Translations under genes and position numbers: made by a program
Shown: piece by piece, positions 1-12,502 of the stretch
Position numbering within the stretch: the stretch's first letter is position 1
Layout: each line of letters opens with the position of its first letter
DNA from: Candidatus Gracilibacteria bacterium CG17_big_fil_post_rev_8_21_14_2_50_48_13
GTDB lineage: Bacteria > Patescibacteriota > Gracilibacteria > 1-14-2-50-48-13
Direction: 5' to 3'
Assembly: GCA_002783265.1 (NCBI GenBank)
Contig: PFFG01000006.1
Span: 148,159 to 188,158 of the forward strand
Length of the DNA stretch: 40,000 nucleotides
Notes under the pieces: model-generated
Database searches by the model: none
What the model was told of the DNA's origin: nothing
Seen by the model: only the letters and a program-made list of their open reading frames with translations

Positions 1-943
1 GTTGTTCTCGCAAAGCATCCTCCTTCGTTGGTCTCTGCAGAAAATTATGCCCAAGGGTCCCTTCCGTCACGATACAATTAGGCAGGAGGTCCTTTGCTGC
101 TGGTAAGGCGTCCCAATGACGCACATCGATAGTATGGACGCTGTAGGGAGGAACCCGCTCCCCGTCTTTAGTGAGCCAGTCCAGGTTCACCTGCGTATTG
201 TCCTGCATCTGTGGGTTGATGTCACTGGCCACGACAGGAAACCCCATGAGGAGAACTTCCATAGGAATGACGCCGAGTCCACAAAAGGGATCCCATACTA
301 TGGGCTGCGTACCAATTTCTGGAAGGGTGAGATTAATGAGCGTTTGCGCCAGTTTTGGTGGCAACATTCCCGTATGCATATCTCGACGAGGCTTCATCAT
401 ATCGCGCCTCGCATAGCTGTCGACATCTTGAATCCAGGCGGTTCGCCCTACGTAGTACCCCTCGTTGGAGCCGATGACAAGAATATCGATGCCGGATTCC
501 AGCACCTGATTGCGCACCTGCACATTCGGCGCATTTTTCGTCATGTCCTTATGCACAAACCGACCATGCCCGCCTGAATTCACTAAAATACGTTTTAAGT
601 GTCTCAGAAGCTCACTTTGCATACCATCCGCCTCGCCGTAACAACTCACAGAATAGGGCATTTTTTTCCCAAAACGCGCTCGCGAAACCCCAAGAAGCAG
701 GCTGGAGGCCACAGAAAGAACCTCCTCTCGCGAACAGGGCTGCATGGACGTAGCAACTTTTTGTATGCCACCGAGATGGTCGGCAAAGGCAGGAAGATGC
801 ACCTTGGTATTCATCACCACAGCATCTGTTGTAGCAATCATGAGAGAGGCCCTGTTCTTCATTTGCGACAACAGTTCTACTATGGACAAAAGCGGGTGGT
901 GCCCCAATACTACTCCGCTTAGCTCTTCACCTTGTATAGCCAT
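1..943 (-). CDS. SAM-dependent RNA methyltransferase, UPF0020/Trm11/RlmL-like (3' end truncated by window edge)
   Basis: Absent from the ORF track because there is no stop in the window. My minus-strand translation from the ATG (complement of 941-943) reads MAIQGEELSGVVLGHHPLLSIVELL...PPKLAQTLINLT...WDPFCGLGVIPMEVLLMGFPVVASDINP... The DPFCG-G stretch is SAM-binding motif I of this methylase class. The frame stays open to position 1. The plus-strand ORFs at 116-922 are shadows of this gene. Confidence 0.6.
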   Translation of the reverse strand, partial: MAIQGEELSGVVLGHHPLLSIVELLSQMKNRASLMIATTDAVVMNTKVHLPAFADHLGGIQKVATSMQPCSREEVLSVASSLLLGVSRARFGKKMPYSVSCYGEADGMQSELLRHLKRILVNSGGHGRFVHKDMTKNAPNVQVRNQVLESGIDILVIGSNEGYYVGRTAWIQDVDSYARRDMMKPRRDMHTGMLPPKLAQTLINLTLPEIGTQPIVWDPFCGLGVIPMEVLLMGFPVVASDINPQMQDNTQVNLDWLTKDGERVPPYSVHTIDVRHWDALPAAKDLLPNCIVTEGTLGHNFLQRPTKEDALREQ

Positions 944-1484
944 GGATCAATTTCGTAAGTTATGCACTGAACTCTACACACGTTTACTGCATTGTATATC
1001 CAAAATAGATGCCATCAAAGCTGCTTTAATACTTTTGGCACTTATTGGAAGCACGGTAGGCACCATAGTTGGTTTTTTTGTTGCACGCGCTTCCTGGGTA
1101 CCGCCAGAACCGATGGAATGGGTGGAAGACATCAGTTTTCGCATTCCCGTCCTCCAGCTGGAATCCTATTCTGAAACACAGATGACTTTACGCACAGATG
1201 CACTTGGCACAAGAATTATCATGGGTGATCAGATTCTTTCTGCACCGCCCAATACGCAGTTTCGTCTGGTGCTCGACCCTATGCTCCGCCAGGCAAGTAC
1301 GGGTTCTACGCTCACAGAAAAGGGTGCGAACTCGGTGAATGCACCGTGCCCTTTTGTCGCAGGGAGCACAGGAAAATATGTCTACCCGGAAGATGATGCA
1401 CGGGCAAAACGACTCAAAACGAAACGATGCTTTACGACTATAGAAGAAGCAAAGTCTGCGGGGCTCCTCATACCAGAAAAGTAA
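942..1484 (+). CDS. Hypothetical membrane-anchored protein (one N-terminal TM helix)
   Basis: Internal ATG at 942 of the 744..1484 ORF (MDQFRKLCTELY...). TM helix AALILLALIGSTVGTIVGFFVA. The C-terminal tail GKYVYPEDDARAKRLKTKRCFTTIEEAKSAGL loosely resembles the Ada-type '...F.t.eEA..AGyr' tail, but the Cys ligands are missing. The portion upstream of 942 overlaps the methylase gene. Confidence 0.5.
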   Translation: MDQFRKLCTELYTRLLHCISKIDAIKAALILLALIGSTVGTIVGFFVARASWVPPEPMEWVEDISFRIPVLQLESYSETQMTLRTDALGTRIIMGDQILSAPPNTQFRLVLDPMLRQASTGSTLTEKGANSVNAPCPFVAGSTGKYVYPEDDARAKRLKTKRCFTTIEEAKSAGLLIPEK

Positions 1485-3131
1485 TTGCGAAAGTGGCAAG
1501 AAGGCGTACTATGCTGCGTGATTTCTTCTTTATTTGGTATGACTATCACTTCGCTCCTCGAAAAAGCCCCAGGGCTTCTGACTTGGTCGATTCTCCTGTT
1601 GCCACTTGTGCTTGCGCCTCACTTTCCTGCAGTGGTAGCTGTCCTTCTCATGCTCTATAGCCTTTTCTGGCTATTTCAAAGTGTAACTTATTCCTATCAA
1701 CTCCTTCGCAGCTACAGACTGTATAAGACGCTCGAAGAAAATGCCTCCAAGGGCAATGCAGAAGCCGCCGTTGAACTCCTGACGCGACGCTATAGTGGTC
1801 TTAGTCATCGTGATAAAAATCTCCCACTCGCAAGCGAGGAGGTCATTCACATGGTCTTGATCCCCACCTATAAGGAACCCTACGTGATTCTCGATGCAAC
1901 GCTTTCGTCGCTTCTCACAACACATACGGATCCAAAGCGGCTTGCCGTTGTTCTTGCCTGTGAAGAACGTGATTTCGATAACGCCAAAGTCCTCAGCGAA
2001 AAGCTTGCTAAGAAGTATGCCAAAGCATTTCGCAGTTTTGCGGTGACCTTTCACCCCAAGGACACACCTGGTGAAATGGTTGGAAAAGGTGCGAACATTA
2101 CCTACAGCATGCGTGAGGTAACCAAGCACATGCAGGAAGAGGGCCTTCTTGCAACGCCGGAGGAAACGGAGCGATACCTGGTGACGACCATTGATGCGGA
2201 TCACCTTGTGCATCCTGCCTATTTCCAGATTCTAGAGCTTGCGTACGTGAAGTCGCCGAATCGTCAGCAACATAGTTATCAACCCCTGCCCTTCCTGTAC
2301 AACAATATTTGGCAGGTGCCCATTTTCAATCGTGTGGTGGCAATTTCCAGCATGTTCTGGCATTTAATTGAATCTGGTAGGCCTGATCGCCTGCGCAACT
2401 TTTCCTCTCATGCGCAGCCACTGAGCGCGCTTATGGCTATGCAATTCTGGTCTACGACCACCATTGTAGAAGACGGACATCAGTTTTGGCGGTCCTACAT
2501 GCACTTTCGTGGTGAATACAAAGTGATTCCCTTGTTCATTCCCATCTATCAGGACGCGGTGCAGCACACAACCTACTCCTCAACCCTTGTTGCGCAGTAC
2601 AAGCAGCTTCGTCGCTGGGCCTACGGTGCGGAAGATATTGCCTATGTTCTCGTAGAATGGTGGAAAAAACGGCATGAACTGCCACTCCGGCGCACACTCT
2701 ACTTGTTTTTCAATCTTGTGGAGGGACATGTCATGTGGGCAACGGCGCCCGTCGTGTTGTCGCTCAATTCGTTTACCTTCCGGTTGTTCAGCCCAGAATT
2801 CACGACTTCGGCAATGTTTTTCAATCTCTCCATGATCCTCAGTAATTTCTTTGCGATTTCGCTCATTGGAATTGTGATTTCCGTGTGGATGTCCTTTGTG
2901 TTGCTACCACCGGTTCCAGAAACCGAAGGCCCCTTTTACAAACGTATGTATCTTTGGTTGAGCCTGGCCTTTCAATGGTTTTTACTGCCAATCACCACAC
3001 TCTTCTTTTCTTCTGTACCCGCCTTAGAGGCGCAGACACGCCTTATGTTTGGCAATAAACTGCACTTTGATGTTACCCTGAAAATTCGCAGCGGGGAGAC
3101 TTTACAGGGCCAAAAACCTTCCGTACAATAG
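1485..3131 (+). CDS. Membrane-embedded family 2 glycosyltransferase (processive, cellulose/chitin-synthase-like)
   Basis: 548-aa ORF with TIDADH (DxD), VEDGHQFW (ED) and QYKQLRRWAYG (QxxRW) motifs. TM helices lie at both the N and C termini. The start is uncertain: TTG at 1485, or the first in-frame ATG at 1539. Confidence 0.8.
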   Translation: MRKWQEGVLCCVISSLFGMTITSLLEKAPGLLTWSILLLPLVLAPHFPAVVAVLLMLYSLFWLFQSVTYSYQLLRSYRLYKTLEENASKGNAEAAVELLTRRYSGLSHRDKNLPLASEEVIHMVLIPTYKEPYVILDATLSSLLTTHTDPKRLAVVLACEERDFDNAKVLSEKLAKKYAKAFRSFAVTFHPKDTPGEMVGKGANITYSMREVTKHMQEEGLLATPEETERYLVTTIDADHLVHPAYFQILELAYVKSPNRQQHSYQPLPFLYNNIWQVPIFNRVVAISSMFWHLIESGRPDRLRNFSSHAQPLSALMAMQFWSTTTIVEDGHQFWRSYMHFRGEYKVIPLFIPIYQDAVQHTTYSSTLVAQYKQLRRWAYGAEDIAYVLVEWWKKRHELPLRRTLYLFFNLVEGHVMWATAPVVLSLNSFTFRLFSPEFTTSAMFFNLSMILSNFFAISLIGIVISVWMSFVLLPPVPETEGPFYKRMYLWLSLAFQWFLLPITTLFFSSVPALEAQTRLMFGNKLHFDVTLKIRSGETLQGQKPSVQ

Positions 3132-3140
3132 CGCGGTGCC

Positions 3141-3225
3141 GCCCGGATGGTGGAATGGTAGACACGCGGGACTTAAAATCCCGTTCCCTATGGGAGTGCG
3201 GGTTCGATCCCCGCTCCGGGCACCA
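3141..3225 (+). tRNA. tRNA-Leu (anticodon UAA), CCA encoded
   Basis: Cloverleaf folded by hand. Acceptor gcccgga/tccgggc. Anticodon stem cggga/tcccg with loop cuUAAaa. Long variable arm ttccctatgggagt. T arm gcggg-ttcgatc-cccgc. Ends with the discriminator a plus cca. Confidence 0.9.
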
Positions 3226-3366
3226 AATTTTCTTCAAGAGACGCGCGCCAAAGAGCAGAGGTGGCTATTTGACGAACCGTACGGAGCGGGAAGCAGAGGT
3301 AGCGAAGCCATCGTGAGGTGGGCGATCCCCGCGTGCATGATCTATATGAGCACATCATCGATTTTA

Positions 3367-3394
3367 TTGACATTTCAACTTTTCCTGTTATTTT
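3367..3394 (+). promoter_or_regulatory. Sigma70-like promoter for the 3429 gene
   Basis: TTGACA (3367-3372), 16-nt spacer, TATTTT (3389-3394). An AAGGAGG Shine-Dalgarno at 3416-3422 sits 6 nt before the ATG at 3429. Confidence 0.4.
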
Positions 3395-3428
3395 GCAATG
3401 TAAAAACAAAAACGAAAGGAGGGCCCAA

Positions 3429-3851
3429 ATGGGCCAACAAAATAATCAAGTCCAGGGGCCGGTGCCAACACCCGTCCCTGGCCCCCTGCTGGCACGCCGG
3501 CAGGTAATGCGTCCCAGCCGGCCGCGACCAACGCCGCGCCTTCGAGGGACTTGCGAGGGGGACACACCGCTGTTCCAGCGCCTCCTCCAGACCGTCATGC
3601 TGCTGGAGCTGGTGGTCCTTGCTTGGATCACCCTTTGGATGCCCCAACCCGGTTTCTGGGGGAAGTTGGTCTTCCTGGCCCTCCTTCCCCTCTACGGGTG
3701 GCTCTCCTGGGGGAGCATACCCTCAGAAGATTTCAAGGGCTGGGGTGATGTCGCGTCAATTCTGCGCTACATTGCCCTACCCCCCCTAGCCTACTTTGGA
3801 AGCTGCAGTGCTCTGCTCTTCCTCTGTGACTGGTTCCTCTCTCTCTTTTAA
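3429..3851 (+). CDS. Small hypothetical membrane protein (Pro/Arg-rich N-terminus, about 3 TM helices)
   Basis: ATG at 3429 preceded by a strong SD. MGQQNNQVQGPVPTPVPGP... followed by hydrophobic helices (LLQTVMLLELVVLAWITLWM, etc.). An intrinsic terminator follows. The region is locally very GC-rich, so several shadow ORFs overlap it. Confidence 0.55.
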   Translation: MGQQNNQVQGPVPTPVPGPLLARRQVMRPSRPRPTPRLRGTCEGDTPLFQRLLQTVMLLELVVLAWITLWMPQPGFWGKLVFLALLPLYGWLSWGSIPSEDFKGWGDVASILRYIALPPLAYFGSCSALLFLCDWFLSLF

Positions 3852-6805
<2,954 letters not shown>

Positions 6806-7001
6806 AATGAGTGTATTTCTGTCATGCGGTCCCTTTTGCCTTGACGCGCACATTCCTGCTTTTAGAATGATTTCTTCCACACCGCCGCACCTATAGGCAG
6901 GGCCAACCAAGGCCAATCAGTTCCGCTTAAATGAATCGAGTTTCATACTACGGTGTGCACCGTGGAAGTCAAAGGGATTGCCCTCCTGGAACAAGAAGAG
7001 T

Positions 7002-7029
7002 TTGACATTTTATTCAAAAGTTATATAAT
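7002..7029 (+). promoter_or_regulatory. Near-consensus sigma70 promoter for the DHH phosphoesterase gene
   Basis: TTGACA (7002-7007), 16-nt spacer, TATAAT (7024-7029). It sits 37 nt upstream of the ATG at 7066. Confidence 0.5.
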
Positions 7030-7065
7030 AACAGGATTACATTTTCCTCCGCCCCTTCAGCACCT

Positions 7066-8301
7066 ATGGATATTACGACAATACAAGAGATCATCCGCGA
7101 AATTGATGGAGCTACGAATATCTTACTGACCGCCCACCATAAACTGGACCCCGACTCCACAGGCGGTATTTTGGCTCTCTACCTCATATTAAAAAAGCTC
7201 GGCAAGAAACCCGTCGCTCTTTGCTATGAACCGGTGCCCAAAAATCTCGAGTTTCTCCCGCACATTACGGCGATTGAGCACGACAAAAAACTCATGCAGG
7301 ACTTTATCATCACGCTCTTCAACCCGGAATCCGACGTGAATGAAATTAAGTATTCCACCACTGCGGAAGGCTACATTAATATCATTATTACGCCAAAAAA
7401 AGGAAGTTACAGCGAGCAGGATGTCAGTTTTAAGGGAATGACCAACAAGTTTGATTTGATCATTGTGGTGGATAGCGGCGATAAAAAGAATATGGGGCGA
7501 CTATATGAGGAGAACAAAGAACTCTTTGAAAAAACCACGGTGATCAATATCGATCATCATGCATCTAATGACTATTTTGGTGATATCAATCTCGTCGATA
7601 CGAAGGTGAGTTCCGCTTCAGAGCTTGTGTACTACATCATTGAACACATGGACAAGGGACTCATTGACGAAGATGTTGCGACCTATCTTCTCCTTGGAAT
7701 TATTGCAGACACAGGCAGTTTTCAACACGCCAATACGACGCCTGATTCCATGAAGGTGGCTGCGGAACTTGTGCGTCGCGGGGCACGCCAGCAGGATATC
7801 ATTAAGAATCTCTATAAAACAAAGAAGTTTTCGACGCTTAAACTCTGGGGGAAAGCCCTGGCACGACTCTCTGTGGACGAAAAAGCACGCGTTTTATGGT
7901 CGTCTCTCACCTTTGCAGAACTAAGCCAAATGCAGGCAAAACCAGAAGATACGAAGGGTGTGATTGATGAACTCATGAGTAGTGCACCGGATGTGGACTT
8001 TATTATTTTGTTCACGGAAATTGCACCCAAAACGGTTTCTGTGAGCATTCGCACTAAGTCTGCTGAGGTCAATGGCGTACAGATTGCCAAGCAGTTTGGC
8101 GGTGGTGGACATGTGCAGGCCTGTGGATTTACGAAAGAAGATGTTGCCCTGGAGGAACTTTCGGAGGAAGTCATTGCCGCCGTACAGAAGTATCAACAGG
8201 AACGTCTCGGTGGCCCTGCACAAACCAGTACGCAACACAACCCACCCCTCGGTGCGGAGGAGCGGATTGCCCGCAGACTGGAAAATGATTTGTTCCGTTA
8301 A
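7066..8301 (+). CDS. nrnA: DHH/DHHA1 phosphoesterase (NrnA-like oligoribonuclease/pAp phosphatase)
   Basis: Motifs HHKLDPDSTGG, VVDSGD and INIDHHASN (DHH), plus the DHHA1 GGGGH motif near the C-terminus. Confidence 0.85.
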   Translation: MDITTIQEIIREIDGATNILLTAHHKLDPDSTGGILALYLILKKLGKKPVALCYEPVPKNLEFLPHITAIEHDKKLMQDFIITLFNPESDVNEIKYSTTAEGYINIIITPKKGSYSEQDVSFKGMTNKFDLIIVVDSGDKKNMGRLYEENKELFEKTTVINIDHHASNDYFGDINLVDTKVSSASELVYYIIEHMDKGLIDEDVATYLLLGIIADTGSFQHANTTPDSMKVAAELVRRGARQQDIIKNLYKTKKFSTLKLWGKALARLSVDEKARVLWSSLTFAELSQMQAKPEDTKGVIDELMSSAPDVDFIILFTEIAPKTVSVSIRTKSAEVNGVQIAKQFGGGGHVQACGFTKEDVALEELSEEVIAAVQKYQQERLGGPAQTSTQHNPPLGAEERIARRLENDLFR

Positions 8302-9872
8302 AGGCTTGAACCGGATCCGCTACGAATCTGTGTCGGTGTCAGCGTAGTCGATTCCACCGTTGGCGTCGTTTTTGGTGTAATGGTTTCTTTCGTTGTGGTT
8401 GTCGATGTTTTGGGTGTCGTCGATGAGGTCGGTGCAGCGGTTTGCGCATTTTGATTACTGCTTCGCGTCGTTGTCGAACTCGACGCACTCGTGTTTGCAT
8501 TAGCATTCGAAGTCACTTCCGGCATGGCTCCTGGAGTGTAATTAATGGTAATGAGCAGTGGTTCGCTCTTATTCCCCACCTTATCAATAGCAACAACCGA
8601 ATAGGTATTAACGCCAGGTGCCATGTTATCGCCTGCATTCAAGTAATACACCCAAGAAGTATTACCGAGAGAAAACTTTTTTAACTCGTAGTCATTGATA
8701 ACGACTCGGGCTGTCCCTTCCGCGACACGGCCTGAAAGCTGCACATTTGCGGAAGACACATCTGTATTTTTGGGCGATTCAAGAGTGGGTTTTTCCGGAG
8801 CTGATTCGTCGATGGTAATTTCACGCGTTCCGAAAGCGACCTCAGACCCATCTGCACGCACATAGGAAATGGTGAGCGTTTGAGTACCTGCGTCGGCAAA
8901 AGTAATTGGTCCTGCCCTCCAGGTTTTTGTTTCAGATGCAAGTTTTGCCGGCACGCCATTGATCGTCATAGACGTTACTTCTTCTGGCATATAAGTCCCT
9001 TCGAGCTCAAGAGTTTTTGAGCGGAAAGTAGAGCCTGGTGCAAGGTTTGCAAAGGTTATAGCCCCTTTGGGCACCGCGGGATTGGTTTCCTCATTAGAAG
9101 CGGGTCCGCCTTCATAAGACGCCATTGCCAGATCTTCCTGGGTATTCCATGTAAACCAGCTACTCGTCATTCGTTCTAGAGGAATAGCTTCAAGGGGTGC
9201 ATCCTCAGCATTTGCCGTGGCCGTTGCTGCAGAAAGGCGAATTTGCTGCCCGACCCCAACTACCACATTACGAAGGACTTTTCCCTGCGTGTCCGTAATC
9301 ATCACAGGAAGTGAGCCGCTGAGCACGGCAAGCGTTTCTTCCGTTTCCGTATCACCCAGAGCGACCGTAACAGGAGAAGTCGCCGCAAAGCGGAGATAAT
9401 TCATCCGAAGGAGTGTTGCTTCACGTTCAGGCTTTGCTTTTTCAGACCGAAGCCAGAGGTTTCCCTTTTGAAAACCAATCAGCACCGACCGTCCCTCATC
9501 TCGTTTACCAAAGGCCGTACTCATGCTGTCCAGACGCAAATGATCACCTGTTGAAAGAGGAATCTGCAACTGGGCCCCTTCTCCTGTCTCAAAGCCTTCA
9601 TCGTTATTCCAGTCGACGGTGTATCCTTTATAGACATTTGTACGCTCACCATTAAAAATCACGGCCACGTTATCCGTTTCCACGGAAACCTTCGCAATGG
9701 GTTCTGACCTAAGGGCCTGCTCCTGAATACGTTGAAACTGAATATAGACATTGAAAGCAACGGTCACGAGAATAACCACTAAAATACTGATTCCGAGAGG
9801 AAGCAGGTAGTAACTTGGATGCTTTCTAGTAGCTTGGCGGCTACCGTAACGACGAAGACGAGGCATACACAA
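8298..9872 (-). CDS. Hypothetical membrane-anchored extracellular protein with Ig-like domain(s) and a Ser/Thr-rich tail
   Basis: N-terminal anchor YYLLPLGISILVVILVTVAF. Ig-like module (PEKPTLESP...VQLSGRVAEGTARVVINDYE...VVAIDKVGNKSEP). The last ~70 aa are S/T/N low complexity. No family assignment is possible by eye. Confidence 0.6.
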   Translation of the reverse strand: MCMPRLRRYGSRQATRKHPSYYLLPLGISILVVILVTVAFNVYIQFQRIQEQALRSEPIAKVSVETDNVAVIFNGERTNVYKGYTVDWNNDEGFETGEGAQLQIPLSTGDHLRLDSMSTAFGKRDEGRSVLIGFQKGNLWLRSEKAKPEREATLLRMNYLRFAATSPVTVALGDTETEETLAVLSGSLPVMITDTQGKVLRNVVVGVGQQIRLSAATATANAEDAPLEAIPLERMTSSWFTWNTQEDLAMASYEGGPASNEETNPAVPKGAITFANLAPGSTFRSKTLELEGTYMPEEVTSMTINGVPAKLASETKTWRAGPITFADAGTQTLTISYVRADGSEVAFGTREITIDESAPEKPTLESPKNTDVSSANVQLSGRVAEGTARVVINDYELKKFSLGNTSWVYYLNAGDNMAPGVNTYSVVAIDKVGNKSEPLLITINYTPGAMPEVTSNANANTSASSSTTTRSSNQNAQTAAPTSSTTPKTSTTTTKETITPKTTPTVESTTLTPTQIRSGSGSSL

Positions 9873-9877
9873 ACGAG

Positions 9878-11398
9878 TTAGGAAGAAAGAATACCGAGTT
9901 CCTGACGCAGCGAGTTAATATCTCGCCGAAAATGTTCATCCTTTTTCATGGCCTTCTGAATTTTTGTGCAAGAATGGATGACGGTAGAATGAATACGACC
10001 ACCCATGAGCTCGCCTATACGTTCAAAAGTCATGTCGAGGTCGTTTTTGGCAATGTACATCACCACCTGACGTGCGAGGGAAATTTCCTTCTTCCTCGAC
10101 TCCCCGAGTATATCGTTGGAAGAAACTTTGTAAAAGGCAGAAACTGCCGTAATGATTTCTTCGATACTCGATGCACGAACACCAGGACGACTGGATTCTG
10201 AAAAGCCTGCCAGTTTGCGTCCGCTGTTGTGGCGCATTAAAATAGGCCCGATGGAATTCACCGTAGGCGTTATATGCTCCAGTTCGTACTGCGCGACGGC
10301 CTGATTTAAGATTCCCTCCAACTCACGAATGCTTGAGTGGACATTGTGGGCAATAAACTCGATGACCTCGGGGGACAGCAACAGCCCCCTGGCCTTACAT
10401 TTCATTTGGAGAATGGCACACCTCGTCTCAAAATCCGGAAACTGCACGTCGACGATAATTCCCCACTCAAAGCGGGAGCGCAGACGATCTTCTAACTGCG
10501 TCAGTTCGCTCGGAGGACGATCAGAACTGAGAATAATTTGCTTTTTTTCATCGTAGAGTTCATTGAAGGTGTGGAAAAATTCCACCTGTGTTTGCGCCTT
10601 ATTGGCGAGAAACTGCACATCGTCGATAATGAGTACATCAATACTGCGGTACTTTTTTCGCAGTTGATCCGTTTTATGGTTTCCAATGGCGCTGATAAGC
10701 TCATTTGTAAAGGTCTCTGACGTGACATAGACTATCTTTTTTCTCGGAAAGCGCGTGAGAATTGCGTTACCCGTTGCCTGAATTAAGTGCGTTTTTCCAA
10801 GACCCACTCCACCATAGATAAACACTGGATTATAGGAGTCACCCGGGGCTTTTGCCACAGCACTGAGGGCCGCAAAGGCGAGCTGTGTTGATTGGCCTAC
10901 CACAAAGTTCTCTAGACTATACTTGGCGCTGAGCAGCTTACTGCTGATTCCTTCGATAAGGGTGACTTCCTTTGGTGAACTGGGCGAATCCGGTGCAACA
11001 CCTTGCACAAGGGAGCCCGTGCCAATGCCTGCTTGATCCTTCGCTTTTGCCTTAGCTTCTTTTTTGGCTTTTGCTGTTTTCTGACGAACAATTTCCGCCA
11101 CATCGACCACGCGGGCATCATGGGGATGCAAGGTTCCATCGAGACGCAGTTGTACCTGAACAACATCTGTTCCCAGCACAGAAGCAGCACAATCCTGCAA
11201 TTGCCCCAAGTATTTGTCCGCAATATTATTAAAGCTCATCAAAGTTGGAACGCCCACGACAAGCGAATCCTCCGTACGTTCAAGGAGTGCCGTATTTTTA
11301 AACCATGTCAAAAAATAACTGGCGGGGATTGTCTCTGTAAGGGCCAGCAATATGTTTTTCCAGAGTTCTTTCTGTTCTGCAGCAAAAACGTCGGACAT
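9878..11398 (-). CDS. dnaA: Chromosomal replication initiator DnaA
   Basis: Walker A GGVGLGKTHL, Walker B LIIDDVQF, sensor and box VII region, and the C-terminal DNA-binding helix (SLARQVVMYIAKN...IGELMGGRIHSTVIHS). I prefer the ATG at 11398 (MSDVFAAEQ) over the TTG at 11407. Confidence 0.95.
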   Translation of the reverse strand: MSDVFAAEQKELWKNILLALTETIPASYFLTWFKNTALLERTEDSLVVGVPTLMSFNNIADKYLGQLQDCAASVLGTDVVQVQLRLDGTLHPHDARVVDVAEIVRQKTAKAKKEAKAKAKDQAGIGTGSLVQGVAPDSPSSPKEVTLIEGISSKLLSAKYSLENFVVGQSTQLAFAALSAVAKAPGDSYNPVFIYGGVGLGKTHLIQATGNAILTRFPRKKIVYVTSETFTNELISAIGNHKTDQLRKKYRSIDVLIIDDVQFLANKAQTQVEFFHTFNELYDEKKQIILSSDRPPSELTQLEDRLRSRFEWGIIVDVQFPDFETRCAILQMKCKARGLLLSPEVIEFIAHNVHSSIRELEGILNQAVAQYELEHITPTVNSIGPILMRHNSGRKLAGFSESSRPGVRASSIEEIITAVSAFYKVSSNDILGESRKKEISLARQVVMYIAKNDLDMTFERIGELMGGRIHSTVIHSCTKIQKAMKKDEHFRRDINSLRQELGILSS

Positions 11399-11457
11399 GA
11401 TACGCAAACGGAATGAAGAGAAGTATATTTTATGCCCTAGCAGAGTACGGCGAAGGC

Positions 11458-11490
11458 AAAAAAAAGCAACCGTAGTTCTACGGTTGCTTT
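11458..11490 (-). terminator. Rho-independent terminator after the STAS gene
   Basis: Stem gcaaccgta (11466-11474) pairs with tacggttgc (11479-11487). The A8 run at 11458-11465 becomes the U-tract on the minus strand. Confidence 0.6.
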
Positions 11491-11536
11491 AGGGTCGGAG
11501 CTCTCTTCTCCTTTTTCCTGAATAACTTTTGTATGC

Positions 11537-11926
11537 TTATGCAGCAGGAGGGGCAAGCAATGCTGCCTTCGCAAGCTCCACAGAAGGAAACATACGGATA
11601 AAGTTGTCGAGACCGACGGTCTGCAGAATATCCATAATGTTTTCCGGTGCAGCGGCCACGAGAAGCTCGCTTCCCTTTTCACCAAGACGTGTATACCAGT
11701 CGCTGAGATAGCCAATGGATTTGGAATTCATGTAACCCAGTTCTGAAAAGTCGAAGAGAACAGGAAGATCATTCGCAGACTCATCCAGAAGTTTGTAGAC
11801 TTCCTTTGCTGTGTTATCGATATTTGATTCATCGAGTTCGCCCTTAAACTGGATGACAAAGACTTGTTTGTCGTTGCCTTCCGCGAGGGGTTCTATGTGG
11901 TAGAGAAGTTCAATGGGTGTAACCAT
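11537..11926 (-). CDS. STAS-domain anti-sigma-factor antagonist (RsbV/SpoIIAA-like)
   Basis: 129 aa with STAS topology. The segment DFSELGYMNSKSIGYL aligns with the RsbV/SpoIIAA phospho-serine loop (D.S....MDS.GLG). Confidence 0.85.
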   Translation of the reverse strand: MVTPIELLYHIEPLAEGNDKQVFVIQFKGELDESNIDNTAKEVYKLLDESANDLPVLFDFSELGYMNSKSIGYLSDWYTRLGEKGSELLVAAAPENIMDILQTVGLDNFIRMFPSVELAKAALLAPPAA

Positions 11927-11980
11927 AGGAGGAAAAAGTTATGGAGAGTGAGAGAGTGTTGATAGTAAAGTTGTGCGGGA

Positions 11981-12472
11981 TCATGTGATGTTGCGGAAGT
12001 ACTTTCGCGCACGAGCTCGTATACCTGAGGGTTTACGATCCGTGAACTCTAGTTCGTCCGTCCAGCGGGAAACGATTCTCGCGAGACCGCGCCCACGAAG
12101 ACTATGGATATCCACAGGACTTGTGTGCTTCTTGGCTTCAACGAGGGCTGCTAGTTCAGAAGCCGTCAGCTTCTTTTCGCCCGTGCCCTGGTCTTCCACC
12201 ACGACTTCCAGATACTCTCCGGGTTTGAGGTGAAAGGTGAGAGCAATTTCATCGCCCGGTTTGGATCCATGCTCGATGGCGTTGTTACACATTTCATCGA
12301 CTATGGTCTGAAAGCGATGAGCCCACTGGTCGTTAAGACCCGTGAGATTGCGCGCCATATCCAGGGTAAAATCACGAATGCCCGACTGAAAATAGAGCGA
12401 GCTGGCGATAACCACCATGATGCGTCCTCCGAGTTGTACCCCTTCTTCTGAAGGTGGGATCCCGTCTATCAT
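11981..12472 (-). CDS. Anti-sigma regulatory Ser/Thr kinase (RsbW/SpoIIAB-like, HATPase_c)
   Basis: N-box IVDEMCNNAIEHGS, G1 box VVEDQGTGE, and G2 box LRGRGLARIV. The size (163 aa) is typical of this family. The gene ends in TGA. Confidence 0.85.
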   Translation of the reverse strand: MIDGIPPSEEGVQLGGRIMVVIASSLYFQSGIRDFTLDMARNLTGLNDQWAHRFQTIVDEMCNNAIEHGSKPGDEIALTFHLKPGEYLEVVVEDQGTGEKKLTASELAALVEAKKHTSPVDIHSLRGRGLARIVSRWTDELEFTDRKPSGIRARARKYFRNIT

Positions 12473-12502
12473 GTGCGTAGGTAAAGAAAGTCCAAAGAAA
12501 AG

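Noticed and set aside
116-922. Plus-strand ORFs at 116-577, 171-416 and 599-922
   Set aside because: They lie opposite a clean minus-strand methyltransferase reading frame with a SAM-binding motif. The plus-strand products have no recognisable features.
11399-11536. oriC in the dnaA upstream intergenic region
   Set aside because: The region is only 138 bp, dominated by a terminator hairpin. No TTATCCACA-like boxes and no AT-rich unwinding element are visible.
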